NCBI GenBank assembly: GCA_041655765.1
Contig: JBBAEU010000003.1
Span: 4,923-68,922, forward strand
DNA: 64,000 nucleotides
Direction of reading: 5' to 3'
Source of the DNA: Brumimicrobium sp.
GTDB lineage: Bacteria > Bacteroidota > Bacteroidia > Flavobacteriales_D > Crocinitomicaceae
Part shown: positions 26,187 through 36,078 of the stretch, piece after piece
Position numbering within the stretch: position 1 is the first letter of the stretch
Layout of the letters: each line of letters begins with the position of its first letter
Translations under genes and position numbers: made by a program
The notes under the pieces: model-generated
Seen by the model: only the letters and a program-made list of their open reading frames with translations
The model's database searches: none
What the model was told of the DNA's origin: nothing

Positions 26187-27440
26187 TTATATTATCATCC
26201 CAGCCGCTACGGTCTCATGCGTTGCATCATCAATCAAGATAATGCTTCCTGTTGTTCTGTTTTTACTGTAAGCATCAATAAACAACGGTTTTGCTGTACG
26301 AATAGAAACCCGTGCAATATCGTTCATGTTAAGTTGTTTGTCTTCAGAATTACGGTCCATCGTATTGATATCAAACTTGTAAACAACTTCTTTAATTAAT
26401 GCCTTTTGCTCGTTAGAAGTATGCATAATTGTATATTTTGCGCGTGGTTGTGGTGGCATATTGTTTAACCAACACAACATGACGTCAAATTCTTGAGAAA
26501 CAGAAGGCTTGTTGTTTGTTCGAACGATCATATCTCCACGACTTACATCAATATCGTCTTCTAATTGAATGTTTATCGACATTGGAGAAAATGCTTCATC
26601 TAACGAACCATTGTAGGTGTCTATTGACTTTACTTTTGAAGTAAATCCTGAAGGTAAAATAGTAACTTCATCACCTTTTCGTATGATTCCGCTTGCCAAT
26701 CTACCTGCATAACCTCTGTAATCGATAAAACCTTCGCGCTGTGGCCGAATGACGGTTTGCACAGGAAAACGGGTATCTATTTTATTGTCATCACTTCCGA
26801 TATATAGACTTTCTAATGTGTGAAGAAGTGGCGCACCTTGAAACCATGGCATATTTTCCGAACGATGAACCACGTTATCTCCTTGCAATGCACTAATTGG
26901 TATAAATTGAATGTCTTTAATCACCAACTTTGAAGATATATTTTCATAATCTTTCACGATTTTATTAAAAACCTCCTCCGAATAATCGACCAAATCCATT
27001 TTATTCACACAAATAATGAGGTGCGGGATATGAAGCAGTGAAGCTATAAAAGAATGTCGTTTTGTTTGTTCAACAATTCCGTTTCTTGCGTCAATCAAGA
27101 TAATAGAAGCATTCGCTGTTGATGCGCCTGTAATCATGTTTCGGGTATATTGAATATGCCCCGGTGTATCTGCAATAATAAATTTTCGTTTGGGCGTAGT
27201 GAAATAGCGATACGCAACATCAATTGTTATTCCTTGTTCCCTTTCTTCTCTCAAACCATCAGTAAACATGGCTAAATCAAGTTCATCATGACCTTTTCGC
27301 TTACTGATATTTTCGATAGACTCCAATTGGTCTTCAAAAATAGATTTTGAGTCATACAATAATCTTCCAATTAGTGTACTTTTTCCGTCATCTACACTTC
27401 CTGCAGTCGAAAATCTTAGTAATTGATTTTTTTCTAACAT
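26187..27440 (-). CDS. cysN: Sulfate adenylyltransferase subunit 1 (GTPase)
   Basis: LLRFSTAGSVDDGKSTLIGRLL, EREQGITIDVAYRYF, ADTPGH, NKMD, TVAAGMI. Confidence 0.97.
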   Translation of the reverse strand: MLEKNQLLRFSTAGSVDDGKSTLIGRLLYDSKSIFEDQLESIENISKRKGHDELDLAMFTDGLREEREQGITIDVAYRYFTTPKRKFIIADTPGHIQYTRNMITGASTANASIILIDARNGIVEQTKRHSFIASLLHIPHLIICVNKMDLVDYSEEVFNKIVKDYENISSKLVIKDIQFIPISALQGDNVVHRSENMPWFQGAPLLHTLESLYIGSDDNKIDTRFPVQTVIRPQREGFIDYRGYAGRLASGIIRKGDEVTILPSGFTSKVKSIDTYNGSLDEAFSPMSINIQLEDDIDVSRGDMIVRTNNKPSVSQEFDVMLCWLNNMPPQPRAKYTIMHTSNEQKALIKEVVYKFDINTMDRNSEDKQLNMNDIARVSIRTAKPLFIDAYSKNRTTGSIILIDDATHETVAAGMII

Positions 27441-27473
27441 CTTTTAATTCTTAATATTTTTCAATTTAAGTAT

Positions 27474-28379
27474 TTAGAAATACCCTAATTTTTTTCTGTC
27501 TTCCATTGCCGTTTCAGAACGTTTATCGTCTGCTCGGTTTCCGCGTTCAGTTTTTCGCATCATGGAAACCTCATCAACGATTTTATCCAATGTATCTGCT
27601 TCCGATTCAATTCCTCCAGTAATTGTAATATCTCCAAGTGTTCTAAATCGGATTTTTTTCTTGACAATTTCTTCGTTATCTCTAAGCACGAGGTATTCTG
27701 AATTAGGCAACCACGTATTGTCTCTCCACACAACATCACGTTCGTGAGCAAAATATAGAGATGGTAGCTTTATATTTTCTCTTAAAATATAATTCCAAAC
27801 ATCCATTTCTGTCCAGTTACTGATTGGGAAAGCCCTAAAATGTTCTCCCTGAAAATATTTTCCATTTAATAAGTTCCAAAGTTCTGGTCGTTGATTTTTT
27901 GGATCCCATTGACCAAAGTCGTCGCGGTGCGAGAAGAAACGTTCTTTTGCTCTTGCTTTTTCCTCATCCCTTCTTCCACCACCAATTGCGCAATCTACTT
28001 TAAATTCTTCAATAGCATCTAACAAAGTTGTGATTTGCAAAGCGTTTCTAGAAGCATTTCTTCCTTTTTCTTCAGCCACACGACCGTTATCAATTGATTT
28101 TTGCACAGAACCAACGAGTAAATCTACCCCAAGTTCTTCTACCAAATCATCGCGAAAACTAATCGTTTCAGGGAAATTATGTCCTGTATCTACATGAAGC
28201 AATGGAAAAGGAATTTTTCCTGGATAGAACGCTTTTCTAGCAAGGTGAGCTACAACCGTTGAGTCTTTCCCTCCTGAAAATAAGATTACAGGATTTTGGA
28301 ATTGTGCCCAAACTTCACGTAAAATAAAAATAGCTTCAGACTCCAATTCATCTAAATAGTTCAGATAATATTTACTCAT
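27474..28379 (-). CDS. cysD: Sulfate adenylyltransferase subunit 2
   Basis: LESEAIFILRE, LFSGGKDS, GGRRDEEKARAKER, QRPELW, FRTLGD, RKKLGYF. Confidence 0.97.
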   Translation of the reverse strand: MSKYYLNYLDELESEAIFILREVWAQFQNPVILFSGGKDSTVVAHLARKAFYPGKIPFPLLHVDTGHNFPETISFRDDLVEELGVDLLVGSVQKSIDNGRVAEEKGRNASRNALQITTLLDAIEEFKVDCAIGGGRRDEEKARAKERFFSHRDDFGQWDPKNQRPELWNLLNGKYFQGEHFRAFPISNWTEMDVWNYILRENIKLPSLYFAHERDVVWRDNTWLPNSEYLVLRDNEEIVKKKIRFRTLGDITITGGIESEADTLDKIVDEVSMMRKTERGNRADDKRSETAMEDRKKLGYF

Positions 28380-28966
28380 AATGAAATATTTTTAACAAAG
28401 TTAATTAATTTTCTAACAGCATCTTCTACGCTTTCCTTTTCTGTACGAATATGAACATCAGGGTTTTCAGGTTTTTCGTAAGGAGAATCAATTCCTGTAA
28501 AATTTTTAATTTCTCCTTTTCGCGCTTTTTGGTAAAGACCTTTTACATCTCTTTTTTCGCAAGTTTCTAAATCAGTATCAACAAAAATTTCAAAAAACTG
28601 GTCTTCCCCAACAATTTCTTCCACCATTTTTCTGTCCTTGATTGTTGGAGAGATAAAAGCCGCTAAAACGATTATTCCTGCATCAACAAAGAGCTTTGAA
28701 ACTTCAGCAATACGCCTTAAATTTTCATTTCTATCTTCCAAAGAAAAGCCCAATCCTTTATTAATTCCCATTCGGATATTGTCGCCATCAAGGACATAAA
28801 CTTTTTTATTTTCTTTAAACAATTCAACTTCTAAAGCATTGGCAATGGTTGATTTGCCAGAACCGGATAGCCCTGTAAACCACAAAACAAAAGAAGGATG
28901 TTTAAAAGCCTTGTTTCTGTCTTTTTGGGTGATTGAATAATTTTGATGAATGATATTTTCGTTCAT
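28376..28966 (-). CDS. cysC: Adenylyl-sulfate kinase
   Basis: WFTGLSGSGKSTIA, LDGDNIR, ENLRR, RDVKGLY, FTGIDSPYE. Confidence 0.97.
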   Translation of the reverse strand: MNENIIHQNYSITQKDRNKAFKHPSFVLWFTGLSGSGKSTIANALEVELFKENKKVYVLDGDNIRMGINKGLGFSLEDRNENLRRIAEVSKLFVDAGIIVLAAFISPTIKDRKMVEEIVGEDQFFEIFVDTDLETCEKRDVKGLYQKARKGEIKNFTGIDSPYEKPENPDVHIRTEKESVEDAVRKLINFVKNISL

Positions 28967-28975
28967 ATTATAATT

Positions 28976-29428
28976 TTAACTATGCCTATCATCTTTTGCT
29001 CTTTGTTCATTCTTTTGTGGAAGTCCAAATTTAATTTTATACCAAACACGTTCGTGTAAATAATACAATAGCATTTTTGTAAGCACTTCGGCAAAACCAA
29101 CTTTTAATCCAACCATCGGGTCGCCCGAAATAATCCATGCCAAAAACATTGTATCCATGGTTCCGACCAATCTCCATGAGACTGTTTTAGCTAAATGTCG
29201 CATCCTACTTTCGAGCGTTTTTCCATTTTTAGAAAGATTTACCTTAAACCATAATCTTTCGTGGAGGTAGTATAATATAATTTTTGTTAGAACCTCTGCA
29301 ACCCCAATTTTTACACCTGTAAGTGGATTTCCAGAAATAACCCAAGCCAAAATCATTGTATCTAAAGTCCCTACCATTCGCCATGTTAAGGCTTTGGCTA
29401 AGTGTCGCTTATGTGTTATATCTTTCAT
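28976..29428 (-). CDS. Tandem DUF2061 membrane protein
   Basis: Two internal repeats, RHLAKALTWRMVGTLDT...YYLHERLW and RHLAKTVSWRLVGTMDT...YYLHERVW. Confidence 0.85.
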   Translation of the reverse strand: MKDITHKRHLAKALTWRMVGTLDTMILAWVISGNPLTGVKIGVAEVLTKIILYYLHERLWFKVNLSKNGKTLESRMRHLAKTVSWRLVGTMDTMFLAWIISGDPMVGLKVGFAEVLTKMLLYYLHERVWYKIKFGLPQKNEQRAKDDRHS

Positions 29429-29467
29429 CGAATGCTAAAAAATCTATATTAAACGATTAATGCCGTT

Positions 29468-30385
29468 TTATTGAGCCGATATCCTTATGTTGGATTTAAA
29501 AAAATCAAAAACTTCGTTGAGTTCTGGAATATTTTCTTCTAACGATTTAATTCCTACAATTTCCTGCCCTTTGTATGAAATGTTTCTGTTGATGTAAGTA
29601 AACTCTAAGTCGGGTACTTGTTCATCGATTAACCAATCTTTTATTTGATTCAAATCTGCATTAAATTGCAGTGCATATTTCACTTGTTTTCCGTTCTTTT
29701 TATCATCGATACAATCCAAAAGTATTTTTGTACATGCTTCTATTGAAACAAAAGGCCGTTGCTGTGTTCCATCTCCATAAATTAACAACTTTTTATCAGT
29801 TAAAGCATGGAAAATAAAAGTATTCATCACAGAGTCTAATCGTACAGAAGTATTAAATCCAAAAACGTTTCCAGATCGGATAATATGCGTTTCACAATGA
29901 TTTTCTAACAGTAGGACATACTTTTCTCCTTCAAATTTAGAAGTTGCATACGCATTTGTTGGTTGTGGTACATCTTCTAGAGAAACCTCACCATGTAATC
30001 CCAAAACAGAAACAGAACTTAAATAAACAAACCTTTTAATTTTGTTTTTGCTTTGTTGAACACAACGCACCAAATTCAGTGTTCCCCACTGATTAATTTG
30101 CTCATATTGAACGTTTTGCGTATAATTGTACGGAGAAATCACAAATCCAGCCAAATGAAACACAACATCTACTTTATCGATTAATTGTTCAACTGTATAA
30201 GTATCTAAAATATCTCCTTTAACGAATTGTACTTTTTTATAAGGTTTTGCTCCAAAGAAAAAAGCATAGGAAGCATTTGATAAATTATCGAGTACATAAA
30301 TTGTTTCTACATCTTCTCTTTTCTCAAGTTCATCAACTAAGGATGAGCCAACATAACCTGCTCCACCAGTAACTAATATCTTCAT
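29468..30385 (-). CDS. Extended SDR, NAD-dependent epimerase/dehydratase family
   Basis: TGGAGYVG, YLSS, YATSK, YGDGTQQRPF. Confidence 0.9.
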   Translation of the reverse strand: MKILVTGGAGYVGSSLVDELEKREDVETIYVLDNLSNASYAFFFGAKPYKKVQFVKGDILDTYTVEQLIDKVDVVFHLAGFVISPYNYTQNVQYEQINQWGTLNLVRCVQQSKNKIKRFVYLSSVSVLGLHGEVSLEDVPQPTNAYATSKFEGEKYVLLLENHCETHIIRSGNVFGFNTSVRLDSVMNTFIFHALTDKKLLIYGDGTQQRPFVSIEACTKILLDCIDDKKNGKQVKYALQFNADLNQIKDWLIDEQVPDLEFTYINRNISYKGQEIVGIKSLEENIPELNEVFDFFKSNIRISAQ

Positions 30386-31057
30386 TTACTTTGTATTTGT
30401 ATGTAATCCACACTCTGTTTTATTACTTCCAACCCAACGTCCACCTCTTTTATCATCCGCATCTGTCCATTTATGCGTACAAGGAACACAACCAATGCTC
30501 ACATAACCCGCATCTTCCAATGGGTGTTTTGGGAGATTGTTTTCTCGGATATATTGATAAATCAAGCGATTTGTCCAATCTAACATTGGGTGAAACTTAA
30601 TGATTCCATTGTCTCTTTCTTCAATAATATCCAATTGCTTCCTTACGGCTGTTTGGTCACGTCGAACACCACTAATCCACACATCGTTGGATTGCAGAAA
30701 GTCATTTAAAGGTTTTACTTTATTGATGTAACAACAATAGTCTGGATTGACTGCATATTGAAATAAACCTGTTTCCTTATCTTTTTGTTGACTCAAAGGT
30801 ATTTCAGATTTAAGCGTAATAATGTTTAGGTTAAATTCTTCCTCTAACTTTTGTTTGAACGCATAGGTTTCGGGGAACAAAAAGTTAGTATCTAAAAATA
30901 AGATTGTGATTTCTGGAAAGTAATTTCCAATAATATGAAGTAGTGGAACACTTTGAGTTTGAAATGACGAAGTTGCATAAATTTTTCTACCATCATTTTT
31001 AAACTGTTGAATATATTTTGAAATGGTCTTTTTTGTTTGTTCTAAAACTGCTTCCAT
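30386..31057 (-). CDS. cysH: APS/PAPS reductase, [4Fe-4S]-type APS reductase signature
   Basis: TSSFQ, FLDT, DYCCYINKVKPL, SGVRRDQ, GYVSIGCVPCT, KTECGLH. ATG at 31057 preferred over the track start 31075. Confidence 0.93.
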   Translation of the reverse strand: MEAVLEQTKKTISKYIQQFKNDGRKIYATSSFQTQSVPLLHIIGNYFPEITILFLDTNFLFPETYAFKQKLEEEFNLNIITLKSEIPLSQQKDKETGLFQYAVNPDYCCYINKVKPLNDFLQSNDVWISGVRRDQTAVRKQLDIIEERDNGIIKFHPMLDWTNRLIYQYIRENNLPKHPLEDAGYVSIGCVPCTHKWTDADDKRGGRWVGSNKTECGLHTNTK

Positions 31058-31072
31058 ATTCTTATTTTTATG

Positions 31073-31080
31073 CAAATATA
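31073..31080 (-). promoter_or_regulatory. -7 promoter box for the cys operon
   Basis: TATATTTG on the minus strand, 15 nt before the ATG at 31057. Confidence 0.55.
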
Positions 31081-31130
31081 ACGTTGTTTTTCTGTAATGC
31101 CTCTATTTTGGACGTTTTAATCCATGTAGT

Positions 31131-31577
31131 TTATATTTTTCTAAAAACCAAAACCCAGCCTATCGTTGGATGTGGTTCGACGCTTGCTTCAATTTTATTG
31201 ACCTCACTTAGCATCCTCCAAACTTGGTAATCACCATCTTTTGCCACAAAACTTTCTTTAAAAACATCTAGTCGTAAAAAGGGTTTAAAAAATTCAATTT
31301 TTGTGGCAGAAAAAATAAAAGCATTGTTTTCAATGTTGTTTGTGTATGGATGATAGAATAAGGAGTCGTTAATCTCAGCGATTTTAAATCCTATGCTGTC
31401 AATTTTATCGTGATTATCGTGCTGAAACAAAAGAATTTCATCAATAAATTCGGGATAAAGGAATGCCGTTTCATCAATTTCATTTTCAGCAGCACCTTCT
31501 GATTGGAGGCTACATGAACCAAGCAAAAAAAGACTAAGAAAAATGGATATCCCCTTCAGAAACCAAATCATCTCCAC
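31131..31577 (-). CDS. Hypothetical lipoprotein
   Basis: Hydrophobic N-terminus ending LLGS-C; overlaps the exonuclease stop, so the start is uncertain. Confidence 0.6.
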   Translation of the reverse strand: MEMIWFLKGISIFLSLFLLGSCSLQSEGAAENEIDETAFLYPEFIDEILLFQHDNHDKIDSIGFKIAEINDSLFYHPYTNNIENNAFIFSATKIEFFKPFLRLDVFKESFVAKDGDYQVWRMLSEVNKIEASVEPHPTIGWVLVFRKI

Positions 31578-32253
31578 GCATTTTTAAAAACAACTGAATC
31601 AAGGCCACAACATCTTTTTCACAATATGCCTTGATGCGTTCAAGGTCATCTTCTTCATAATAAACACGTGCAACATCGGCTCCGTCGATATCGTCTTTCG
31701 GTGTTGGAATATTAAAAATATGACACAATAAAGCCAGAGATGTATAGTGCTTATAATCGCCAAACTTCCAAAGTTCAAGCGTGTCTAAATGTTGCACTTC
31801 CCACGGTTTTTTCCCAGCAATATCCAAAGCGTAGGGCAGTTTTATTCCATTAATAAGCATGCGCCTTGCAATGTATGGAAAGTCAAATTCCTTAGCATTA
31901 TGTCCACAAAGCAAATGGTATGGTGTGTTATAGTGTCCGTTCAACAATTCAGTAAATTTACGGAGTAACGTTTCTTCGTCTTTGTGGTAATACGATTTTA
32001 GTCGCACTTCTTTACCTGTACTTTTTTGATGTACAAATCCGACTGAGATACAGCAAATTTTTCCAAATTCGGATAAAATTCCAGCCCTTTCACCATAAAT
32101 TTCCTCTATGGTTTTGCCCTCTTTTTGTTGAAAACGTGTTTTTTGGTCAAATAATTCTGCTGTTTTCTCGTCTAATTCGTCAAATTGATATGCTTGTGGA
32201 ACGGTTTCAATATCCAAAAACAATACTTTTTCTAAGTTAATTTTCTCTAACAT
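31534..32253 (-). CDS. PolB-like 3'-5' exonuclease (DEDD, stand-alone)
   Basis: LFLDIETV, GKICCISVG, GHNAKEFDFPYI, KPWEV.HLDT, YCEKDV. Confidence 0.88.
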   Translation of the reverse strand: MLEKINLEKVLFLDIETVPQAYQFDELDEKTAELFDQKTRFQQKEGKTIEEIYGERAGILSEFGKICCISVGFVHQKSTGKEVRLKSYYHKDEETLLRKFTELLNGHYNTPYHLLCGHNAKEFDFPYIARRMLINGIKLPYALDIAGKKPWEVQHLDTLELWKFGDYKHYTSLALLCHIFNIPTPKDDIDGADVARVYYEEDDLERIKAYCEKDVVALIQLFLKMRGDDLVSEGDIHFS

Positions 32254-32356
32254 ATTTTAGGTTTTGTGCTTTATAAAGGTAGAAACATTTCTTTTATGTA
32301 GCTGACAAGTAAACGTTTTTTCTTAAAAAATCAACTCAAACCCACTAAAGTTCAAT

Positions 32357-32402
32357 AAAAAAGCAACCTTTTCTCCGACAGTTTTCGCAGGGTTGTTTTT
32401 TT
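32357..32402. terminator. Possible terminator downstream of the ALDH gene
   Basis: AAAAAAGCAACC ... GGTTGTTTTTT inverted repeat with A/T tails; large loop. Confidence 0.4.
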
Positions 32403-32424
32403 CTCTTAAGGAATAAGTATAATT

Positions 32425-33987
32425 TTACAAGTCGAATTTAATTCCTTGTGCCAATGGCAACTCAGTCGAATAATTTACTGTATTTGTTTGCCTTCTCATA
32501 TAAACTTTCCACGCATCAGAGCCAGACTCACGACCACCTCCAGTTTCTTTTTCACCACCAAACGCACCGCCAATTTCTGCGCCAGAAGTTCCAATGTTTG
32601 CGTTTGCGATTCCGCAATCAGACCCTTCGGCAGAAAGGAATTGTTCAACTTCACGCAGATTGTTCGACATGATTGAAGATGAAAGTCCTTGCACTACACC
32701 ATTTTGCATTTCGATGGCGTTAGTAACATCTCCTGAATATTTCATCACATATAAAATTGGCGCAAATGTTTCGTGTTGCACAATTTCATATTCATTTTTA
32801 GCCTCAATAATAACTGGTTTTACGTAGCATCCAGATTCATAACCTTCACCAGATAGTACGCCACCTTCGGCCAATATTTTTCCACCTTCTTTTTTTGCTT
32901 TTTCGATAGCATCCACATACATTTGAACGGCATCTTCATCAATTAATGGTCCCATGTGGTTGTTTTCATCCAAAGGATTTCCAATTTTAATTTGTTTATA
33001 TGCGTCTTTAATCGCGTTTACAACTTTATCATAAATACTATCGTGTATAATCAAACGACGAGTTGATGTACATCTTTGTCCTGCTGTTCCAACCGCACCA
33101 AAAACTGCACCTGGCACAACCATTTTCAAATCTGCAGAAGGGGTAACGATAATAGCATTGTTTCCACCTAATTCTAACAAAGATTTCCCTAGTCGAGCCG
33201 CCACGGCTTGTGCAACAGAGCGTCCCATTCTTGTAGAACCCGTTGCAGAAATTAATGCCATGTTTTTATCTGATGCCATTGCTTTTCCGATTGAAGCATC
33301 TCCAATTACAATTCCTGAAACTCCTGAAGGAACGTTATTTGCTTCAAATATTTTGGTGATGATGTTTTGGCAAGCAATCGCTGTAATCGGTGTCTTTTCT
33401 GAAGGTTTCCACACACAAGTATCTCCACATACCCAAGCCAAAGCTGTGTTCCAGCTCCATACAGCAACGGGGAAATTAAATGCAGAAATAATTCCAACAA
33501 CACCCAGTGGATGATATTGCTCCATCATTCTGTGTTGCGGACGTTCAGATGCAATGGTTTTACCGTATAGTTGACGTGATATCCCTACTGCAAAATCACA
33601 TATATCAATCATCTCTTGAACTTCACCCAAACCTTCTTGCAAAGATTTTCCCATTTCCCAAGAAACAAGTGCCCCTAAATCTTCTTTATTTTCTCTTAAT
33701 GCCTGACCAAATTGACGAACGACTTCTCCCCTTTGTGGAGCTGTCCATTTTCTCCATTCTATAAAACCTTTTTTGGCTTCTGCAACCACTTTATGATAAT
33801 CTTCTTCTGTAGCAAATTTAACACGCCCGATAGCAGATCCATCAACAGGAGTAACGGACGTTACAACACCTCCACTCGTTTCAATCCACTTTCCTGTAGA
33901 AGCCCCACTGTTTATATCTTTACTAATTCCTAACTTTGATAGAACTGACTCAATATCAATTCCTTTTTTTTCGGCAATATGTGACAT
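32425..33987 (-). CDS. Aldehyde dehydrogenase, ALDH7 type (piperideine-6-carboxylate / aminoadipate semialdehyde dehydrogenase)
   Basis: GEVQEMIDICDFAVG, ISAFNFPVAVW, KPSE, ATGS, LELGGNNA, GTAGQRCT, ETFAPI, GGEKETGGGRESGSD. ATG at 33987 preferred over the track start 34095. Confidence 0.93.
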   Translation of the reverse strand: MSHIAEKKGIDIESVLSKLGISKDINSGASTGKWIETSGGVVTSVTPVDGSAIGRVKFATEEDYHKVVAEAKKGFIEWRKWTAPQRGEVVRQFGQALRENKEDLGALVSWEMGKSLQEGLGEVQEMIDICDFAVGISRQLYGKTIASERPQHRMMEQYHPLGVVGIISAFNFPVAVWSWNTALAWVCGDTCVWKPSEKTPITAIACQNIITKIFEANNVPSGVSGIVIGDASIGKAMASDKNMALISATGSTRMGRSVAQAVAARLGKSLLELGGNNAIIVTPSADLKMVVPGAVFGAVGTAGQRCTSTRRLIIHDSIYDKVVNAIKDAYKQIKIGNPLDENNHMGPLIDEDAVQMYVDAIEKAKKEGGKILAEGGVLSGEGYESGCYVKPVIIEAKNEYEIVQHETFAPILYVMKYSGDVTNAIEMQNGVVQGLSSSIMSNNLREVEQFLSAEGSDCGIANANIGTSGAEIGGAFGGEKETGGGRESGSDAWKVYMRRQTNTVNYSTELPLAQGIKFDL

Positions 33988-34241
33988 TTTTCCAATTTTA
34001 AAATTCATCAACAAAAGTAATGAAGTTTTTGGGGAAGACCAAAAAAAGAGAAAATTATCGGTTGATAGTTTTCTAAAAAAATTTATCGAAAACATAATAA
34101 CTCACAAGGTAAAGTTCTAAGTGCATTTCCCCTTTGAATCCTTTGCACTCATTGTGATTTATTCCATGTCCTTTACCTCATCCTTTCATTTCAAAAAACA
34201 CAAATAATGAGAAAAGCGAATCCAACTTCATCACATTATAT

Positions 34242-34249
34242 TATTTTTG
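34242..34249 (+). promoter_or_regulatory. -7 promoter box for purC
   Basis: TATTTTTG, 19 nt before the ATG. Confidence 0.5.
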
Positions 34250-34268
34250 TACTATCAATACGCAGAAA

Positions 34269-34952
34269 ATGGAATTAAAATATAAAGGAAAAACCAAAGA
34301 TGTATATGCTTTACCCAACAACCAAGTGCTTTTGAAATTTAAAGACGACGTAACGGGAGAAGATGGTGTATTTGACCCAGGTGCAAACACCGTTGGACTG
34401 GCAATTGAAGGTGCAGGGAAAAGCGGACTAAAAATGACAAAACATTTCTTTGAAATTTTAGCGCAAAAAGGAATTCCAACACATTATGTTTCTGCTAATA
34501 TTGACGATGTATCTATGATTGTAAAAGAGGCAGTTCCTTTTGGAAATGGGCTTGAGGTAATTTGTAGATTCCGTGCAGTTGGCAGCTTTTACAGACGTTA
34601 TGGCGCATACCTAAAAGAAGGTCAAAAACTAGATAAATTTGTGGAAATCACCATCAAAGATGATGAAAAAGGAGACCCAACCATTTCAGAAGATGCTTTA
34701 AATATGTTGGGGATTTTATCCAAAGAAGAATATCAAATTTTAAAATCACGGACACAAGAAATTTGTCAAATTATTAAAGAAGAATTGGCAAAAAAAGATT
34801 TGGAGTTGTACGACATTAAATTGGAATTTGGTCGTGACAAAACAACCAACGACATTATCTTGATTGATGAAATTTCTGGAGGAAATATGCGCGTATATAA
34901 AAATGGCGAATATATCGAACCTTTGAAGTTAGAGAAATTGTTTTTCGCATAA
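34269..34952 (+). CDS. purC: SAICAR synthase
   Basis: YKGKTKDVY, FKDD, LEVICRFRAVGSF, IKDDEKGDP, DIKLEFG, LIDEIS. Confidence 0.93.
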   Translation: MELKYKGKTKDVYALPNNQVLLKFKDDVTGEDGVFDPGANTVGLAIEGAGKSGLKMTKHFFEILAQKGIPTHYVSANIDDVSMIVKEAVPFGNGLEVICRFRAVGSFYRRYGAYLKEGQKLDKFVEITIKDDEKGDPTISEDALNMLGILSKEEYQILKSRTQEICQIIKEELAKKDLELYDIKLEFGRDKTTNDIILIDEISGGNMRVYKNGEYIEPLKLEKLFFA

Positions 34953-35004
34953 AACCTTTCACAATCTTAATCTCTTAAAGACACAAATCCTTCTCTTTTT
35001 TTAC

Positions 35005-35012
35005 TATTTTTG
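35005..35012 (+). promoter_or_regulatory. -7 promoter box for trpS
   Basis: TATTTTTG, 17 nt before the ATG. Confidence 0.55.
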
Positions 35013-35029
35013 CCAAAATATCAATCAAT

Positions 35030-36001
35030 ATGGCGAGAGTTTTAACAGGAATACAAAGCACAGGTGTGCCACATTTAGGAAATCTTTTGGGTGCGCTTTT
35101 ACCAGCAATCAAGATGTCGAAAGAATCTAATAATGAATCTTTTTTCTTTATTGCTGATCTACATTCGCTTACTGCAATCAAGGATGGAGAGCAATTGCGA
35201 GAAAACACGTATGGTGTTGCTGCTGCTTGGCTGGCGTGTGGACTCGATCCTGAAAAGACTGTTTTTTATCGACAAAGTGATGTTACGGAAACCACGGAAC
35301 TTACATGGTATTTGTTGTGTTTTTTCCAATATCAACGATTAACTTTGGCTCATTCATTTAAGGATAAAGCAGATCGAACCGCTGATATAAATGGTGGGTT
35401 ATTTACTTATCCGATGTTGATGGCAGCAGATATTTTATTATATGATTCGCAGGAAATTCCCGTGGGGAAAGATCAATTACAACACATCGAAATGACAAGA
35501 GATGTAGCACAACGCATCAATACTCATACTGGAAAAGAAATTTTTGTAATTCCAGAAGCAAGAATTGAAGAAAATGTGATGATTATTCCTGGTACAGACG
35601 GCGAAAAAATGAGTAAATCTCGTGGAAACTTTATTAATATCTTTCTTCCAGATAAAGAGCTGAGAAAACAAGTGATGAAAATTGAAACAGATAGTACGCC
35701 GATGGAAGAACCTAAAAATCCAAATACTTGTAATGTATTTAGTCTTTATAAATTAATAGCAACAGAGGAAATGACTGAAGCATTAGCACAAAAATATCAC
35801 AGCGGAAACTTTGGATATGGTCATGCAAAACAAGAACTTTACGAATTGATTATTGATAAATTTAAGTCTGAAAGAGAGGACTTTAATTACTATATGAGTC
35901 ACCGTGATGAAATGGATAAAATTCTATCAATTGGTGCCGAAAAAGCTAAAGAAATTGCAAAAAATACACTCTTACGTGTAAGAAAAGAGCTTGGATATTA
36001 G
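35030..36001 (+). CDS. trpS: Tryptophan--tRNA ligase
   Basis: TGIQSTG..HLGN, YPMLMAADILLY, PVGKDQLQH, GTDGEKMSKS. Confidence 0.97.
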   Translation: MARVLTGIQSTGVPHLGNLLGALLPAIKMSKESNNESFFFIADLHSLTAIKDGEQLRENTYGVAAAWLACGLDPEKTVFYRQSDVTETTELTWYLLCFFQYQRLTLAHSFKDKADRTADINGGLFTYPMLMAADILLYDSQEIPVGKDQLQHIEMTRDVAQRINTHTGKEIFVIPEARIEENVMIIPGTDGEKMSKSRGNFINIFLPDKELRKQVMKIETDSTPMEEPKNPNTCNVFSLYKLIATEEMTEALAQKYHSGNFGYGHAKQELYELIIDKFKSEREDFNYYMSHRDEMDKILSIGAEKAKEIAKNTLLRVRKELGY

Positions 36002-36020
36002 AATTTTCGAATAAAAATGA

Positions 36021-36028
36021 TAAATTTG
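36021..36028 (+). promoter_or_regulatory. -7 promoter box for the solute-binding protein gene
   Basis: TAAATTTG upstream of 36079. Confidence 0.45.
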
Positions 36029-36078
36029 AAGTATAATTTAACAATATTATTTATTGACATTACATAAAATTTAAACCA

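Noticed and set aside
29468-30385. Firm call as UDP-sulfoquinovose synthase (sqdB)
   Set aside because: At 305 aa it is shorter than typical SqdB and has generic extended-SDR motifs; kept only as a hypothesis.
34107-34178. Nested inverted repeats (AGGTAAAG/CTTTACCT, AGTGCA/TGCACT) as a riboswitch between ALDH and purC
   Set aside because: Short stems, located upstream of the purC -7 box and probably of the ALDH promoter, with no recognised aptamer motif.
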